Positions 1 through 10,397 of a stretch of 64,000 nt of DNA are shown here, in pieces. A program made the translations under genes and the position numbers. The DNA lies in NCBI GenBank assembly GCA_965215475.1, contig OZ244061.1, forward strand, positions 2,728,307 through 2,792,306. The letters are read 5' to 3'. The notes beneath the pieces were generated by a model that was not told where the DNA came from, ran no database searches, and saw nothing but the letters and a program-made list of their open reading frames with translations. Numbering within the stretch: the first letter of the stretch is position 1; every line of letters begins with the position of its first letter. Origin of the DNA: Rhodothermales bacterium (GTDB lineage: Bacteria > Bacteroidota > Rhodothermia > Rhodothermales > Bin80).

Positions 1-1700
1 AGAAACCGATCAGGTGTGAATCGTAGCGTCGAATGTAAAGGAACCATGGATGACGTGTCGAAAAGATATAGACGAGAGTCAAAACCAAGGTAGGGAGGGA
101 ATCTTGGGACAAGGTTGGCGGATACCTGCCAACTGGCCTATAGAAGGCGAGACTGCGATTCGGGCCCTTATACGGAACCTGTCGGGAGAATGCAAAGGGA
201 GCGTATCAAGCGGGCCGTACCCGTGAGATACAGAGTACCAACGTATCCCACAGGGGCGGATCCCCTCGTAGTAGTGAAGAAGTGTCTGTAATGGAAACGG
301 AGCGAAGGGGGTGAACCATGCAGCAGGACGCAAAGAAGCAACCGAGAGGGAGGACTTCCATGCAAACCGCAAAACCGTTTCCGGTGCCCCAGCAACAAGT
401 ATGGGACGCGTGGAAACGAGTAAAGGAAAATCAAGGAGGAGCGGGAATGGATGGGCAGTCCATTGCCGAATTTGAGGAAAATCTTGAAGATAATATCTAC
501 AAGATATGGCATCGGGCAGTTACCATCCTCAAGCGGTTCGGCGAGTGAATATCCCGAAGCCAGACGGGGGAATCCGTCCTTTGGGAATTCCAACGGTATC
601 GGATCGCGTGGCACAGATGGTGGTCAAGACGGTACTGGAACCAGAGGTGGAACGTGTGTTCCATTCGGATTCCTACGGATACCGACCGAACAAATCAGCC
701 CATGATGCACCCCAACGGGCACGTGTGCGTTGTTGGAAGTGGGCATGGGTTTTAGACATGGATATCAAAGGATACTTTGATACCATCAACCATGATCTGC
801 TGATGAAAGCGGTCACACGAACCAGAAGTGGATACTCTTGTACATAGAGCGTTGTCTGACGGTATCGGTGGAACCGAAGAGGCGCGAGAGGTAGGAACTC
901 CGCAAGGAGGGGTGATGAGTCCACTCTTGGCAAATCTGTTTCTGCACGATGCGTTTGACAGGTGGATGGAGATTCATTTTCCAACCCTACCGTTTGAACG
1001 CGATGCCGATGATATCGTGTGCCACTGCACAAGCGAGGAACAAGCCCAAGATCTTTGGCAAGTATGGAAAGATCGTTTCACGGCTTGTCACTTAACCGTA
1101 CACCCGGATCAAACACGGATTGTATCCTGCAAGCAAGCGGGCCGGAATGACACGTATCCAAACGTTTCGTTTGACTTTTTGGGCTATACGTTTAGACCAA
1201 GAATCGCAGGGGCAGAATCTTTCTGGGGTTTAATCCAGCGGTGAGCAAGAAGGTGGCGAAAGCCCTACGGAAGACGATTCACGATTGGAAGTTGACTCGC
1301 ATGAGTCCACACACCATGGAGCAGATCGCGAGTAAAATCAATGCCACGGTACGCGGATGGATTGACTACGATGGCGCATTCTTTCAATCAGAGTTAAAGC
1401 GGCTCTTTAAGAGCATCCATGAACATCTGATCCGATGGATGATGCGAAAGTACAAGCGGTGTAGGGGACATTGGAGACGATCATGGCGATGGTTAGAAAA
1501 GGTGGCACGTCAAAATTCGGGTCTGTTTGTGCATTGGGAGTTTCTCTATGGTCCACCTTTATTCAATTCCAAAACGGTTGCATGGGAAGAGCCGAATGAG
1601 TCGAGAGGCTCACAGAACCGAATAAATTGATTTTCACCCGGTGAATCAATGTAGTAACTCTTCATAGATTGATGTACTGGAATCTGGGACTACAAACGTA
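1..1700 (+). mobile_element. Group II intron, decayed; ends unresolved (5' end may lie at GTGTG 13-17 or upstream of the window)
   Basis: An intron-type RT/maturase ORF starts at 318 and is preceded by ORF-poor, RNA-like sequence. GTGTG at 13-17 fits the GUGYG 5' consensus but lies only ~300 nt before the ORF, which is short for domains I-III. No convincing domain V was found after the ORF stop at 1630, so the 3' end is a guess. Confidence 0.6.
318..1630 (+). pseudogene. Group II intron reverse transcriptase/maturase, at least four frameshifts
   Basis: Motifs are spread over three frames: WKRVKENQGGAGMDG, SGSYHPQAVRRVNIPKPDGGIRPLGIPTVSDRVAQ, LDMDIKGYFDTINHD, KWILLYIERCL, GTPQGGVMSPLLANLFLH, FLGYTFRPR, RGWIDYDG. 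Frame switches occur near 510, 808, 850 and 1205. The catalytic YADD reads DADD (GAT at 1002-1004). Confidence 0.85.
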
Positions 1701-1922
1701 TGGTCATTGATGAAAATTTCAAACTCTTGATCTTAATAGAGCGTCATTTCATAATGAAGATCTTTGATTTCTTGATATTTAATACAGTCAATTATCATCC
1801 GATGCAAACTTAGAAAACCGTCAGAAATGGCATGATTTTCAGGTGCTATTTCCCTATAATTGGTTAGCGTTCCATGTAGAACCCGCCCCTACCTTTACGC
1901 TTGTCCTCGCGTTTGTCTTTCT

Positions 1923-3152
1923 TCACGCTGGGTTGATCATTCTTTTTAGGGGGGGGGGCAGTAACGGCTCGGGCATAGGAGACAGCTGCTTTGGTGTCGG
2001 CGGAATGTCATCGCTTTTGTCTTTACCATATTCCTCCATAAGCCATCTGTGTAGGGAGGGAATGGGGATGCCATAGCGCCCCCTCTTGCGTTTATCAAGT
2101 ATTCCCTGCTCAAGTGCTTGCGCGAATAGGACATCTGCTTCTTTTTGAGCAAGTCCACTGTTTTTCAGGCTAGAAATAATGGCTGGACGAGTCGTTGTGG
2201 CATCTAAGGGGACATCCACGACGGCTTGAGCCAAGGCTTGGCGGTAATCTTCGTCAATATCATGTGCCCTTTTATCATAATACTGTAATCGATATTCATT
2301 CCCCTTCTTATGTACAAACTCCAATCCCCTCTCCGTCATTTCCCCGTGGTTAGATACAAGAAATTTCACAGCAGGCTTGATATAGGATATGATATGCTGG
2401 GGCCACCCATGTGCTTGCTCGGCTATGGAATCAATCCATCTGCTCGGATCACCTGCCGCTCCGCCTGCTTGCGTGAGCCAGTCTTGAATCACGGCACGCT
2501 CTGACTCCTTGTCCAACCGCCCAAGTTGCACGGTACAATCAACATCAATCCTTGAAATCCCTAGTGAGCCGTAAGCGGACTCGGATGTTCCCAACCCCGC
2601 CGTAAGCAGGATAACTGGACTCTCCAATTTACCATTGTGAATCATTTCTAAGGTGTCCGATGCTACGGTATGCCTCTCCGAATTATCTGGAATCTTATGC
2701 AATCTTTGGGCTTCGTCAAGCACCAGGATCAATCCATTTTCGGGTGCCAGCCGCTTGAGTATTTCTTCTGAGCTTGCATGCCCTGCCACGCTCTCAACAA
2801 GCCCACCTTCAATGAACTTAATACCAGCCTTTAATGCAACCTCACTATTGAGAACGTAAGCCTTCCCCAGTGACTGTGCCATTGAGACTGGGGAATATAA
2901 GTTTTTTATAGTGATATCCGCAATCTCCCAACCGTTTGACTTTGCCTGCCTAGACAGCACATCAAGCAGTGCCGTCTTCCCAGCACCGGGTGCTCCCTGG
3001 ATCAGAAAGGTGGTTCCCTCATTTTCCTCCCGAGAGAATTCAAGCACACTGCTGAATGTATCAATAATCTCTTCTCTCCCATGAAAATACTTGGCAGGTC
3101 CACGATCCTTGAGGAATTTTGAACTCATGAAAGTGTATATAGTACTGGTCAA
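1923..3152 (-). CDS. P-loop NTPase (AAA/STAND-like, ORC-Cdc6/ATPase_2-like layout), paralog A
   Basis: Intact 409 aa ORF. Walker A is GAPGAGKTALL and Walker B is LILVLDEAQRL. A HGWPQHI motif is followed by a helical C-terminal region. Roughly 55-60% identical by eye to the ORF at 35596-36816. Confidence 0.8.
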   Translation of the reverse strand: MTSTIYTFMSSKFLKDRGPAKYFHGREEIIDTFSSVLEFSREENEGTTFLIQGAPGAGKTALLDVLSRQAKSNGWEIADITIKNLYSPVSMAQSLGKAYVLNSEVALKAGIKFIEGGLVESVAGHASSEEILKRLAPENGLILVLDEAQRLHKIPDNSERHTVASDTLEMIHNGKLESPVILLTAGLGTSESAYGSLGISRIDVDCTVQLGRLDKESERAVIQDWLTQAGGAAGDPSRWIDSIAEQAHGWPQHIISYIKPAVKFLVSNHGEMTERGLEFVHKKGNEYRLQYYDKRAHDIDEDYRQALAQAVVDVPLDATTTRPAIISSLKNSGLAQKEADVLFAQALEQGILDKRKRGRYGIPIPSLHRWLMEEYGKDKSDDIPPTPKQLSPMPEPLLPPPLKRMINPA

Positions 3153-3225
3153 TAATGACTATTGCCAACTCTGTGATTCCAGATTGGTTCACAATCAAGG
3201 TGGTCCACGTTCCGCATTTCATATG

Positions 3226-3282
3226 GTAGATTTGCAGTTTTAGTATCAGTAGATTTGCAGAATGGAATATGGTAGATTTGCA
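3226..3282 (+). repeat. Three direct copies of GTAGATTTGCA at exactly 23-bp spacing (3226, 3249, 3272), 74-130 bp upstream of ATPase paralog A
   Basis: Read directly from the sequence. Copies 1 and 3 extend to ATATGGTAGATTTGCA. The core TAGATTTG matches the Bacteroidota -7 promoter consensus TAnnTTTG on the + strand. Function is unknown (operator, iteron or tandem promoter). Confidence 0.85.
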
Positions 3283-3964
3283 ATTCTCAAATCATTCATG
3301 GATATTTTTGAGCATACGACCGTGTCCCCGAAACCCTGATGTTACGCATGGACGCAGAGAGCCAAAAGATGTGATAAAATCGTATCCAAAAGTATGCTAA
3401 AGTCGCTGAGAACGCCACCTATGAGCGGGTATTCTTGGGTGATTGATCAATCTGCGCCGAATGTTTTAAGAATCTGCATCTTTCGTAGCAGAACTTCTGT
3501 GTTGCTAAGCAACCTGGCACCGTTCTTTGCATGATTCTTTTCTGGGGATGCAAGCGTTCATTTTACCACCGTATTATCGCACCTACTCCTCCCCGCGATA
3601 TCTAAGATTCTAGCTTGCTCGTTCAAACTCATTGAGCATTGTCACGAGCTTCTCTCGCTCCAATCATCAATAATTTCCATGTCGGGTTCATGGCTGTATC
3701 CAACCGACTCTAATTGTCTATGATACCTAATACATAGTTTCTTGGCAATGACTCCTTGTCTGGGAGTCAAACTGGACTGCTCCGCAAGGCTCGCACCGAT
3801 GAGGGCATCCGTACGATTGAACCCAACACAATCCTTCTCAGCTGCCCCATCGCATGCCCATGCTATGATCTGAACGCCTTGATGGTAATGCTCAATCTCT
3901 CTGGTGGTTAGTTTTTTGGCCTACTCGGTAATTCCATTATAGGATAGAGATTTAGAAGATGTGT

Positions 3965-4390
3965 CTAAAAAAAAAAAACTGTCTCAGATGTGTCGTTCGG
4001 ACTGGATCGTTTAGAAGGGCTAAGGTCCATGGCTGTCACATCTTTCAGAGCTTTATTGATCAGCTCTTGACGGAGGCGAGGATCCATCTCTTCGTCAAGT
4101 GCGAGATCAAGCACCTCCTGTCTGTTGACCACCGAGTGTGCTATCAGTGCATCAATAGACCCCTCTACAACCAAGTGCTGGACCAGAACTGGTTCGGTCT
4201 GTCCAATCCGATGACACCGATCCTCCGCTTGCGAAAGGATGCCTAGCACCCAATCTAACTCGGCAAAGATAACATGGCAAAACTTAACCCTACTTTTTCT
4301 AAAAAAAGCACAGATGTTCCGCACCATTTGGGTGGATTTTGCAAGCATGATTTTATTCTCTTTGGTGAGAGAGTATGATTGCTCTCTCAA
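3965..4390 (-). pseudogene. SNF2-family helicase, C-terminal fragment only
   Basis: VIFAELDW..QAEDRCHRIGQTEPVLVQHLVVEGSIDALI matches SNF2 helicase motifs V-VI. No N-terminal ATPase lobe is present. The fragment abuts the trbF stop. An open frame-shifted stretch further downstream (about 3600-3925) may be a continuation. Confidence 0.8.
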
Positions 4391-4407
4391 TTTTGTGCTG
4401 TTTCCAT

Positions 4408-5070
4408 CTAGAGCGTGCTAACCTCGGTCAATGCATAGTCCATAATGTAGATGCCAAGCGGGTTATGATCCAGCACTTCTTCATCTTCGGGAGATTCAAC
4501 TCGAACCTGAAAATGCCCTTCATACGCGGATACGCGTTCTTCATGACCAACTCTGAGGAGCTCTCGCCAGGAGACCCGGTACAGGATCCCTTCACCGGGT
4601 ACCTTTAGAACGCTACTGATTTCGGTCACATAACGGGTGTCCCCACGCTGAAGCATACGCTCCAAGTTTTCTCGGTCACGATCCAGATCCGTTACCAGTG
4701 TCTTTGAGGCGCGGCCATCTACATGTGTACGCGCATCCTGTAAGCGTACGTTCAATAGGCGCGCATCGGTTGGAACCGTCCTCAAGTTATGCACAAACCT
4801 ACGCAGTGTGGCGGTGATTGCCCGTTCCGGCACATCGCGTACAGATAGCGTACCCGCCGCACGCATCTCACCCAACTCGTCCAGTTCCACCACGTAGGGG
4901 ATGACCTTATGTTGTGAAGCCAGATGAATATATCCCGCCGTGAGTACGAGATTCAGCAGTAGTGCAAGAAAGGCAACAGATTGCCAGGACCGTCTGCCTC
5001 GTGCAAGATCACCAAAGAGTCGCTCAAATGCATACCTTCCCGCCAGATAGGGATGATCTTCCTTTGCCAT
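4408..5070 (-). CDS. trbF: Conjugal transfer protein TrbF (VirB8-like)
   Basis: 220 aa with an N-terminal TM segment followed by KVIPYVVELDELGE, as is typical of TrbF. Its position after trbL matches the canonical P-type gene order. Confidence 0.75.
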   Translation of the reverse strand: MAKEDHPYLAGRYAFERLFGDLARGRRSWQSVAFLALLLNLVLTAGYIHLASQHKVIPYVVELDELGEMRAAGTLSVRDVPERAITATLRRFVHNLRTVPTDARLLNVRLQDARTHVDGRASKTLVTDLDRDRENLERMLQRGDTRYVTEISSVLKVPGEGILYRVSWRELLRVGHEERVSAYEGHFQVRVESPEDEEVLDHNPLGIYIMDYALTEVSTL

Positions 5071-5072
5071 AA

Positions 5073-5975
5073 TTAAAGGTTCCCTAGCGTACGCCTGAAG
5101 TTGATCGTTAGGCCACTACTGAGCTGGGTTGCAATCCGCCCAGGCATATGAAGTCCCAGTCCAGCCAGCAAGATCGCTACGGCTGTCATGGACCACAGAA
5201 ACCCCAATCGGGAGGATACCGCACTTGCGGTACTTCCCGGGTCTTGGGAGAATAACTGCTCAAAAGCGATCAACCAAAGATTATCGTATGACTGTAAGAG
5301 TGCTACCATATCGTCTCCGATGGATGTAGCAACCCCCGCGATTAGAATAATAAAAAACAGCTTGACTCCGACATATACTACGTACTTCAAGTATCCTTCG
5401 CCAAGAGGAGCTGTTCCACGAAATGCCATAAAACCGACGAAGAAGAGCCCACCGGTGACGACCACATAACTCTCGATCATCGTCACAAGCAGGTGTGCTG
5501 CAAGTGCGACAAAGCACAGTAGCATGATGAGTGCCGGAATTATGGCCAGGGAGGTTATAAGATCCGAGATCAATCCTACGGATTTCATGACATTGAGCAG
5601 CATACTCAGCCCAACGTTTAAGAGATGGGTAGGGGATAGGTGTGACACATCACTGCCACCGATATAGACGGAAGTTTCGCCAAACCCCTGTACAATCATG
5701 GGTAGCCATCTGTGGTAGGTAGATAAAAGTCCGAGTACGAAGGCTAATAGGCCAATCTTGAGTGCAAACTGACTGATGAGATCTCCAGATTGTTTATTGC
5801 GCCCAGACCAAACCATGTAGCCGGTGACCACAATTTCCAAGAGCGCCAAACTGAGAAAAAGTGTTTGTGCTGCATCTAGCGCACGGGTCAGCCAAGCCTC
5901 TGTAGTCAGTCGAAAAACTTCTTGTGCACAATCGAAAAACATTGTAGGTGCACAATTCTGTATGGCTTGTTGCAT
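5073..5975 (-). CDS. trbL: Conjugal transfer protein TrbL (VirB6-like), short form
   Basis: 300 aa polytopic membrane protein located between trbJ and trbF. It lacks the usual long C-terminal tail. Confidence 0.6.
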   Translation of the reverse strand: MQQAIQNCAPTMFFDCAQEVFRLTTEAWLTRALDAAQTLFLSLALLEIVVTGYMVWSGRNKQSGDLISQFALKIGLLAFVLGLLSTYHRWLPMIVQGFGETSVYIGGSDVSHLSPTHLLNVGLSMLLNVMKSVGLISDLITSLAIIPALIMLLCFVALAAHLLVTMIESYVVVTGGLFFVGFMAFRGTAPLGEGYLKYVVYVGVKLFFIILIAGVATSIGDDMVALLQSYDNLWLIAFEQLFSQDPGSTASAVSSRLGFLWSMTAVAILLAGLGLHMPGRIATQLSSGLTINFRRTLGNL

Positions 5976-6033
5976 GCGTATGCCGTCGAATCACTAGGTG
6001 GGGGAGTTCCGTTTTGAAATGGTTCGGTACGTT

Positions 6034-6777
6034 TTATGGAGTTTGGGGCATTTTCAAAAAGCGTTTCACATCATAGCGACTAGGATTTCCCAACCATTCC
6101 GTGCTTCCGACAAACGTATCATAGCGCATCTGTTCCTGTGCCTTTTGACTGACTACTTCAGCAGCGCGAACTGCTTCCAGATTGACTAGGCTCATAAATG
6201 CCTGTCGGGTGAGCAAGAGTTCTCGGGCGTGTACAACCTGAAGGTTGGCCTGTACATCACGTATTTCTTGAGGCTCCTTGGCATGAATGATCTCCTGTTT
6301 TAGATGCTCTAGCTCTCCATGTGCTTGATCGACGGAGTGATGATGAACTCGCAGAGATGCAAGCGTCCCCTGGAGTGTTGCCATCGTTTGTTCATGCGTA
6401 GTTTTTTGGGCTACCAGCGGGTCCGGCGGATTCTGATACATCAAAAAGGTTCTCCGAAATACTTCTGGATTCTCCCAGGTCATGCTATGGGTCGTCTCAT
6501 GTGCCTGTCGAATTTTCCGAACATATGTTCCGAGTGCTTCGGTCGGAATGAGGCCGCGTTTCGACAGAGCGCGCTCATACCTGTGCAAATGTGTTTGGGT
6601 GTTCTGTTTAATTTCCGTGGATATGGCAACCTCTTTTAAGAGCAAGTTTACCTGGCGGCGAAGTTCTGCAACCGTTGTGATGGTTTCGGTCAGAACAGCG
6701 ACGTCAACAACAGGGAGTTGCGCCCGGCTTCCAGTCGCACTCCCAATCAGGAGGAAAAATAACAGTAAGCGTTTCAT
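6034..6777 (-). CDS. trbJ: Conjugal transfer protein TrbJ (VirB5-like)
   Basis: 247 aa with signal peptide MKRLLLFFLLIGSATGSRAQ and a helical body. It overlaps the trbE stop (6774-6777) and sits in the canonical position. Confidence 0.65.
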   Translation of the reverse strand: MKRLLLFFLLIGSATGSRAQLPVVDVAVLTETITTVAELRRQVNLLLKEVAISTEIKQNTQTHLHRYERALSKRGLIPTEALGTYVRKIRQAHETTHSMTWENPEVFRRTFLMYQNPPDPLVAQKTTHEQTMATLQGTLASLRVHHHSVDQAHGELEHLKQEIIHAKEPQEIRDVQANLQVVHARELLLTRQAFMSLVNLEAVRAAEVVSQKAQEQMRYDTFVGSTEWLGNPSRYDVKRFLKMPQTP

Positions 6778-9197
6778 GGATACTTGAGATGGTGAAAGAA
6801 ATCGTGCCCGTGATTCCGAATAGCTTCCTGAATGTGAGCACGGGAGGTTTCGACTGTCATGCCAGGCAGTGGCATCAGCAATGAGCGTGCGATCTGCCCG
6901 AGATTCAGTTCAAAGAGACGGTTTCCCGATGAACTTTTATAGAAATACTCTCGCTTTGGTTTTGCGGAGGAAACGGTATCAATTGCACGCGGACTCAGAT
7001 CCAGTGCTCGGTACATAGCGGCTCCCTCTTCGGTCCGTGCCTCTGGGTTAGGGAGGATAATTTTCGTGGGGCATGACTCCGTAATCAGGGTTGCATTTGG
7101 GAGGGCGGCAATCTGAGACGGTGAGTGGGCAACCAGAAGGACGGATGCATTATGCTTTCGGAGGGTCAGGAGCCAAGCTTTGATCCGTTCTGCAAAACGC
7201 GATCTTAAAAGAGCAGCCCAGGCTTCTTCAATCACAATCAGCGTCGGAGCTCCGTTTAATGTGCGCTCAATGGATCGAAACAATGTTAGGAGCAGGGGAA
7301 CGAGAACGGCATCTCCTTGGTCTAGTACTTGACCCAGTTCATAGACTTGCATACGTGAGGAAGCCTCTAATCCTTGATCTCCATCAAAGAGTCGACCATA
7401 GGGCCCGTCTACAGTATACCGCATGATCGTACTTTGTAATGGCTGAGGAAGCAGAAGATGAAGTGCAGACAGGGTTCGATGTTCTGGAGGCGATTGGTAG
7501 AGCAGGTCGAGAGTTTCTGCAAGTGCCAGGTGCCCATCTGCGCTGGGTACCTCGTTTGCAAGGTCATAAATCGTTTCCAGCCAGGTTAATGCCCATAACC
7601 TTTCGGCTTCCTCATGGATATGGCGAAGAGGTTGCAGGGGATTTGTTGTTCCAAATGAAAAATGAATTCCATCTGCAGCCATACAGGGAATCTGATGAGA
7701 TCGTCCGATATCAAATACATGGACGCGGCTATTTGGATAACGTAAAAAATTGAGTGCCAACCATCCAACAAGTACGCTCTTTCCAGCACCAGTTGCTCCA
7801 ATGACGAGGGTGTGCCCAACATCTCCCTGGTACAGATTCATCATAAATGGCATCTTTCCCTGTGTCCGCGCACAGGCTAGTGGGGGGCTACCAGTCGGAA
7901 ATATGGGATTGGGACAGGTTGGAGTTCCTTTCCATGGAGCAGAAACGGGGAATAAATGTGCAATATTCCGACTAGATAAAAGGGGCCGGCGAAGGTTGGC
8001 GTAGCCATGCCCGGGAAGGGTTCCGATGAAGGCATCGGTTGCATTAATAGTTTCCAGAGCGGAGGTAAATCCCTGATCTCGCAAGACCTGTAAGAGTTCT
8101 TGGCTACGAGCGAGACCACGCTGCATTTGTTGATCACGCAGGATGAAACTATTCGTGAAGTATCCGAATCGGACACGCCCACTGGAAGATTCCGCGTAGG
8201 CAGAGGCAGCTTCATGTTGCATGTCAACGGCATCCTGATCTTCAAACCCATCCTCTTCAGGTGCGATCAATTTTCGTAATCCCCGTCGTTGATGAAACCA
8301 ACTGGTTTGCAGTCGCTTGATGCGACGCCCGGCAGTGTGTCGATCCATACCAATGAATCGCATATGCCAGCGACATTCTCCCTCAATTTGATCCAAAAAT
8401 GATCCCATCGCTACTTGAGTTTGCATTCCGAGAGAGGCAATCGTGGCAACAAAAAGGTACTGACCTCCGATTACAGGGTAAAACCCCGTTTGAAAATCAT
8501 CGGAGGCAAGCGTGCGACTGAGGTAGCCGCTTGGAGGCGTTTTCACATGATCATTCTGCCCTGTGAGAGCACAATGACACTCAGTCAAGAGCTCACTGTT
8601 ACTTAGTGGTGTTATACGAAACTGTCCGGCCAGGAGTGTGCAGACTTCTCCTAAAATGCGGTTGAAGTCAGACAGGGTTTGTGTATAATCAAAATTTTTC
8701 CGGTGCCCCTGAACCATTGGGGTTTCCCAACGAGACCAGAATTCTCGGGGTGGGGTATAGGTAAATAGGAGGGTATGCCTGAGAGTATAGTGATTCCCGA
8801 TTTTCTCATATTGTTTTTGCCGTTCATGTTCCATCGCTTTCAGAGTAGCAGTTGGGTAATGATGGTTTCCCTGAATTGGGTATTCGGTGCTGTGTTTTCG
8901 GTGCACATTGACCTCAATCCCATATCCTTCGCCCAGAAGCATCAGCATATCGTGGACAGAATCGGTAACGCTGTTTGCTTCGGCAGCACTGGTTGTTTCG
9001 AGATCGGGAGGATTGATTTCGAACCCACTCAAAAAGGATCCATCTTTCATGAGAATGACTCCTTCGTCAATCAGGAATGCCCAGCCCAAAAGATCTCCAA
9101 GCCCTTCGACAGGTCGTTTCAGATGCTGTAATCGCTGGATCGCCCAAATCGCTCCGGCACCGGTAAAGGTGCCGATTCCAAATGTTAATGGATCCAT
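6774..9197 (-). CDS. trbE: Conjugal transfer ATPase TrbE (VirB4)
   Basis: 807 aa with Walker A GATGAGKSVL. Size and layout match VirB4/TrbE. The start overlaps the trbD stop. Confidence 0.9.
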   Translation of the reverse strand: MDPLTFGIGTFTGAGAIWAIQRLQHLKRPVEGLGDLLGWAFLIDEGVILMKDGSFLSGFEINPPDLETTSAAEANSVTDSVHDMLMLLGEGYGIEVNVHRKHSTEYPIQGNHHYPTATLKAMEHERQKQYEKIGNHYTLRHTLLFTYTPPREFWSRWETPMVQGHRKNFDYTQTLSDFNRILGEVCTLLAGQFRITPLSNSELLTECHCALTGQNDHVKTPPSGYLSRTLASDDFQTGFYPVIGGQYLFVATIASLGMQTQVAMGSFLDQIEGECRWHMRFIGMDRHTAGRRIKRLQTSWFHQRRGLRKLIAPEEDGFEDQDAVDMQHEAASAYAESSSGRVRFGYFTNSFILRDQQMQRGLARSQELLQVLRDQGFTSALETINATDAFIGTLPGHGYANLRRPLLSSRNIAHLFPVSAPWKGTPTCPNPIFPTGSPPLACARTQGKMPFMMNLYQGDVGHTLVIGATGAGKSVLVGWLALNFLRYPNSRVHVFDIGRSHQIPCMAADGIHFSFGTTNPLQPLRHIHEEAERLWALTWLETIYDLANEVPSADGHLALAETLDLLYQSPPEHRTLSALHLLLPQPLQSTIMRYTVDGPYGRLFDGDQGLEASSRMQVYELGQVLDQGDAVLVPLLLTLFRSIERTLNGAPTLIVIEEAWAALLRSRFAERIKAWLLTLRKHNASVLLVAHSPSQIAALPNATLITESCPTKIILPNPEARTEEGAAMYRALDLSPRAIDTVSSAKPKREYFYKSSSGNRLFELNLGQIARSLLMPLPGMTVETSRAHIQEAIRNHGHDFFHHLKYP

Positions 9198-9526
9198 CAG
9201 CGGGTTCGTGTTGAGCGGTCACGCCAGTAACAGGTAACTTCTTTTTCCTGTCTCAGATAACGTGGGGTATACCTTAATGCCCTAGGTATCACGACCATGA
9301 AGAAGGGATCTTTTTCGAATACTCTTCGAAGCAAAGGTAGAAGAAGTAGATATGCCAAACCGCACATAACCAAAATTTTCGGGTCTAAACGCGAAGCAAT
9401 CCCCAACGTGATCATGATCAGTGCCAACAACAGAAACGCATCCTGTGGTAGACCGCCCATGGTGGGGCGACGTTGGAGGGATGTATGAACCGTAGCGGTT
9501 TCTAGTGCTTCACGGGAGCTCTCCAT
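9197..9526 (-). CDS. trbD: Conjugal transfer protein TrbD (VirB3-like)
   Basis: 109 aa with one or two TM segments and a KDPFFMVV motif. It is translationally coupled between trbC and trbE. Confidence 0.7.
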   Translation of the reverse strand: MESSREALETATVHTSLQRRPTMGGLPQDAFLLLALIMITLGIASRLDPKILVMCGLAYLLLLPLLRRVFEKDPFFMVVIPRALRYTPRYLRQEKEVTCYWRDRSTRTR

Positions 9527-9849
9527 CAGATGACAGCACCTTGGAAGGAAAAGAACTCACTGATCTGGACAGCTCCAAAGATGATTACAGCTCCCATCAC
9601 GGTTCGACCTAGAATTTCACCGGCGCGACTGGATCGGGTTACCCACCAAGCAAGACCTCCAAGAACAATGATTAACAGGAATGCTGCCGTAGCCAAGTCA
9701 CCTGTGAGGAGTCCAACGATCTTAGATACCGTAGAGGTAGCTACTCTGACCCCTCCGACGCCGCTGGCATCAGCCAGAATAGGGAGTAAAACTATGACAG
9801 ATCCGATCATAGCCGCAGAAGACAGTAGTCGTATTCGATGAAGTAGCAT
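9526..9849 (-). CDS. trbC: TrbC/VirB2-type pilin
   Basis: 107 aa with a signal-like N-terminus and two hydrophobic helices. It is the first gene of the operon fragment. Confidence 0.65.
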   Translation of the reverse strand: MLLHRIRLLSSAAMIGSVIVLLPILADASGVGGVRVATSTVSKIVGLLTGDLATAAFLLIIVLGGLAWWVTRSSRAGEILGRTVMGAVIIFGAVQISEFFSFQGAVI

Positions 9850-10397
9850 TCGCGTTTAGGTGGATGGTTTCCTGTGGTACACGCGATTGAGGCATTTGGA
9901 AGCGTACCCTCTGTTACAGTTTGAACAAAGCGTAAGGCAAGATGAAAATTTATGGTTCTATCATGAATGTTGTGGATAGAATCTTTCTTGGTATTCAAGA
10001 TCTATGGACAGGAAAAGCAAATGCTCCATAATCGTTCGATACTCCTAAAAGCTGCTTTCGGCAAAATAGGGGTTGCTTATCCGAAAGTAACAGGATCTTC
10101 TTTTTGTTCGAAAAGTGATTTTAGATCAATTCCCACGTATCTGACGGTAAGGATGAGATCGTTATAGATTCATAAAATCTGATCCATGAAGATCTCGCCA
10201 TCGAAAGATTCAGCGGAGACAGACACGGCACATATGTCCAGAAGGCGATAAAGTAAAAGTGATCCATTTTTGAAGAGAGTGGCACGATAATTCATGGCTT
10301 CCGCTTTCATGCAGTGAAAGATCAAATTATCTCGGAGTAGGTTTAAAACGCAAACTAGAACATCTACGATAATATTAGAAAATGTTAGAACTTATAC

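Noticed and set aside
1589-1620. Candidate group II intron domain V (GAGCCGAAUGAGUC-GAGA-GGCUCACAGAACCG)
   Set aside because: The upper helix with a GNRA loop and an AGC triad looks right. However, the lower helix cannot pair, because the 3' strand reads GAACCG where UUCGGUU would be needed. Only an alternative CGGUU/AACCG pairing with upstream sequence forms. It was therefore not called.
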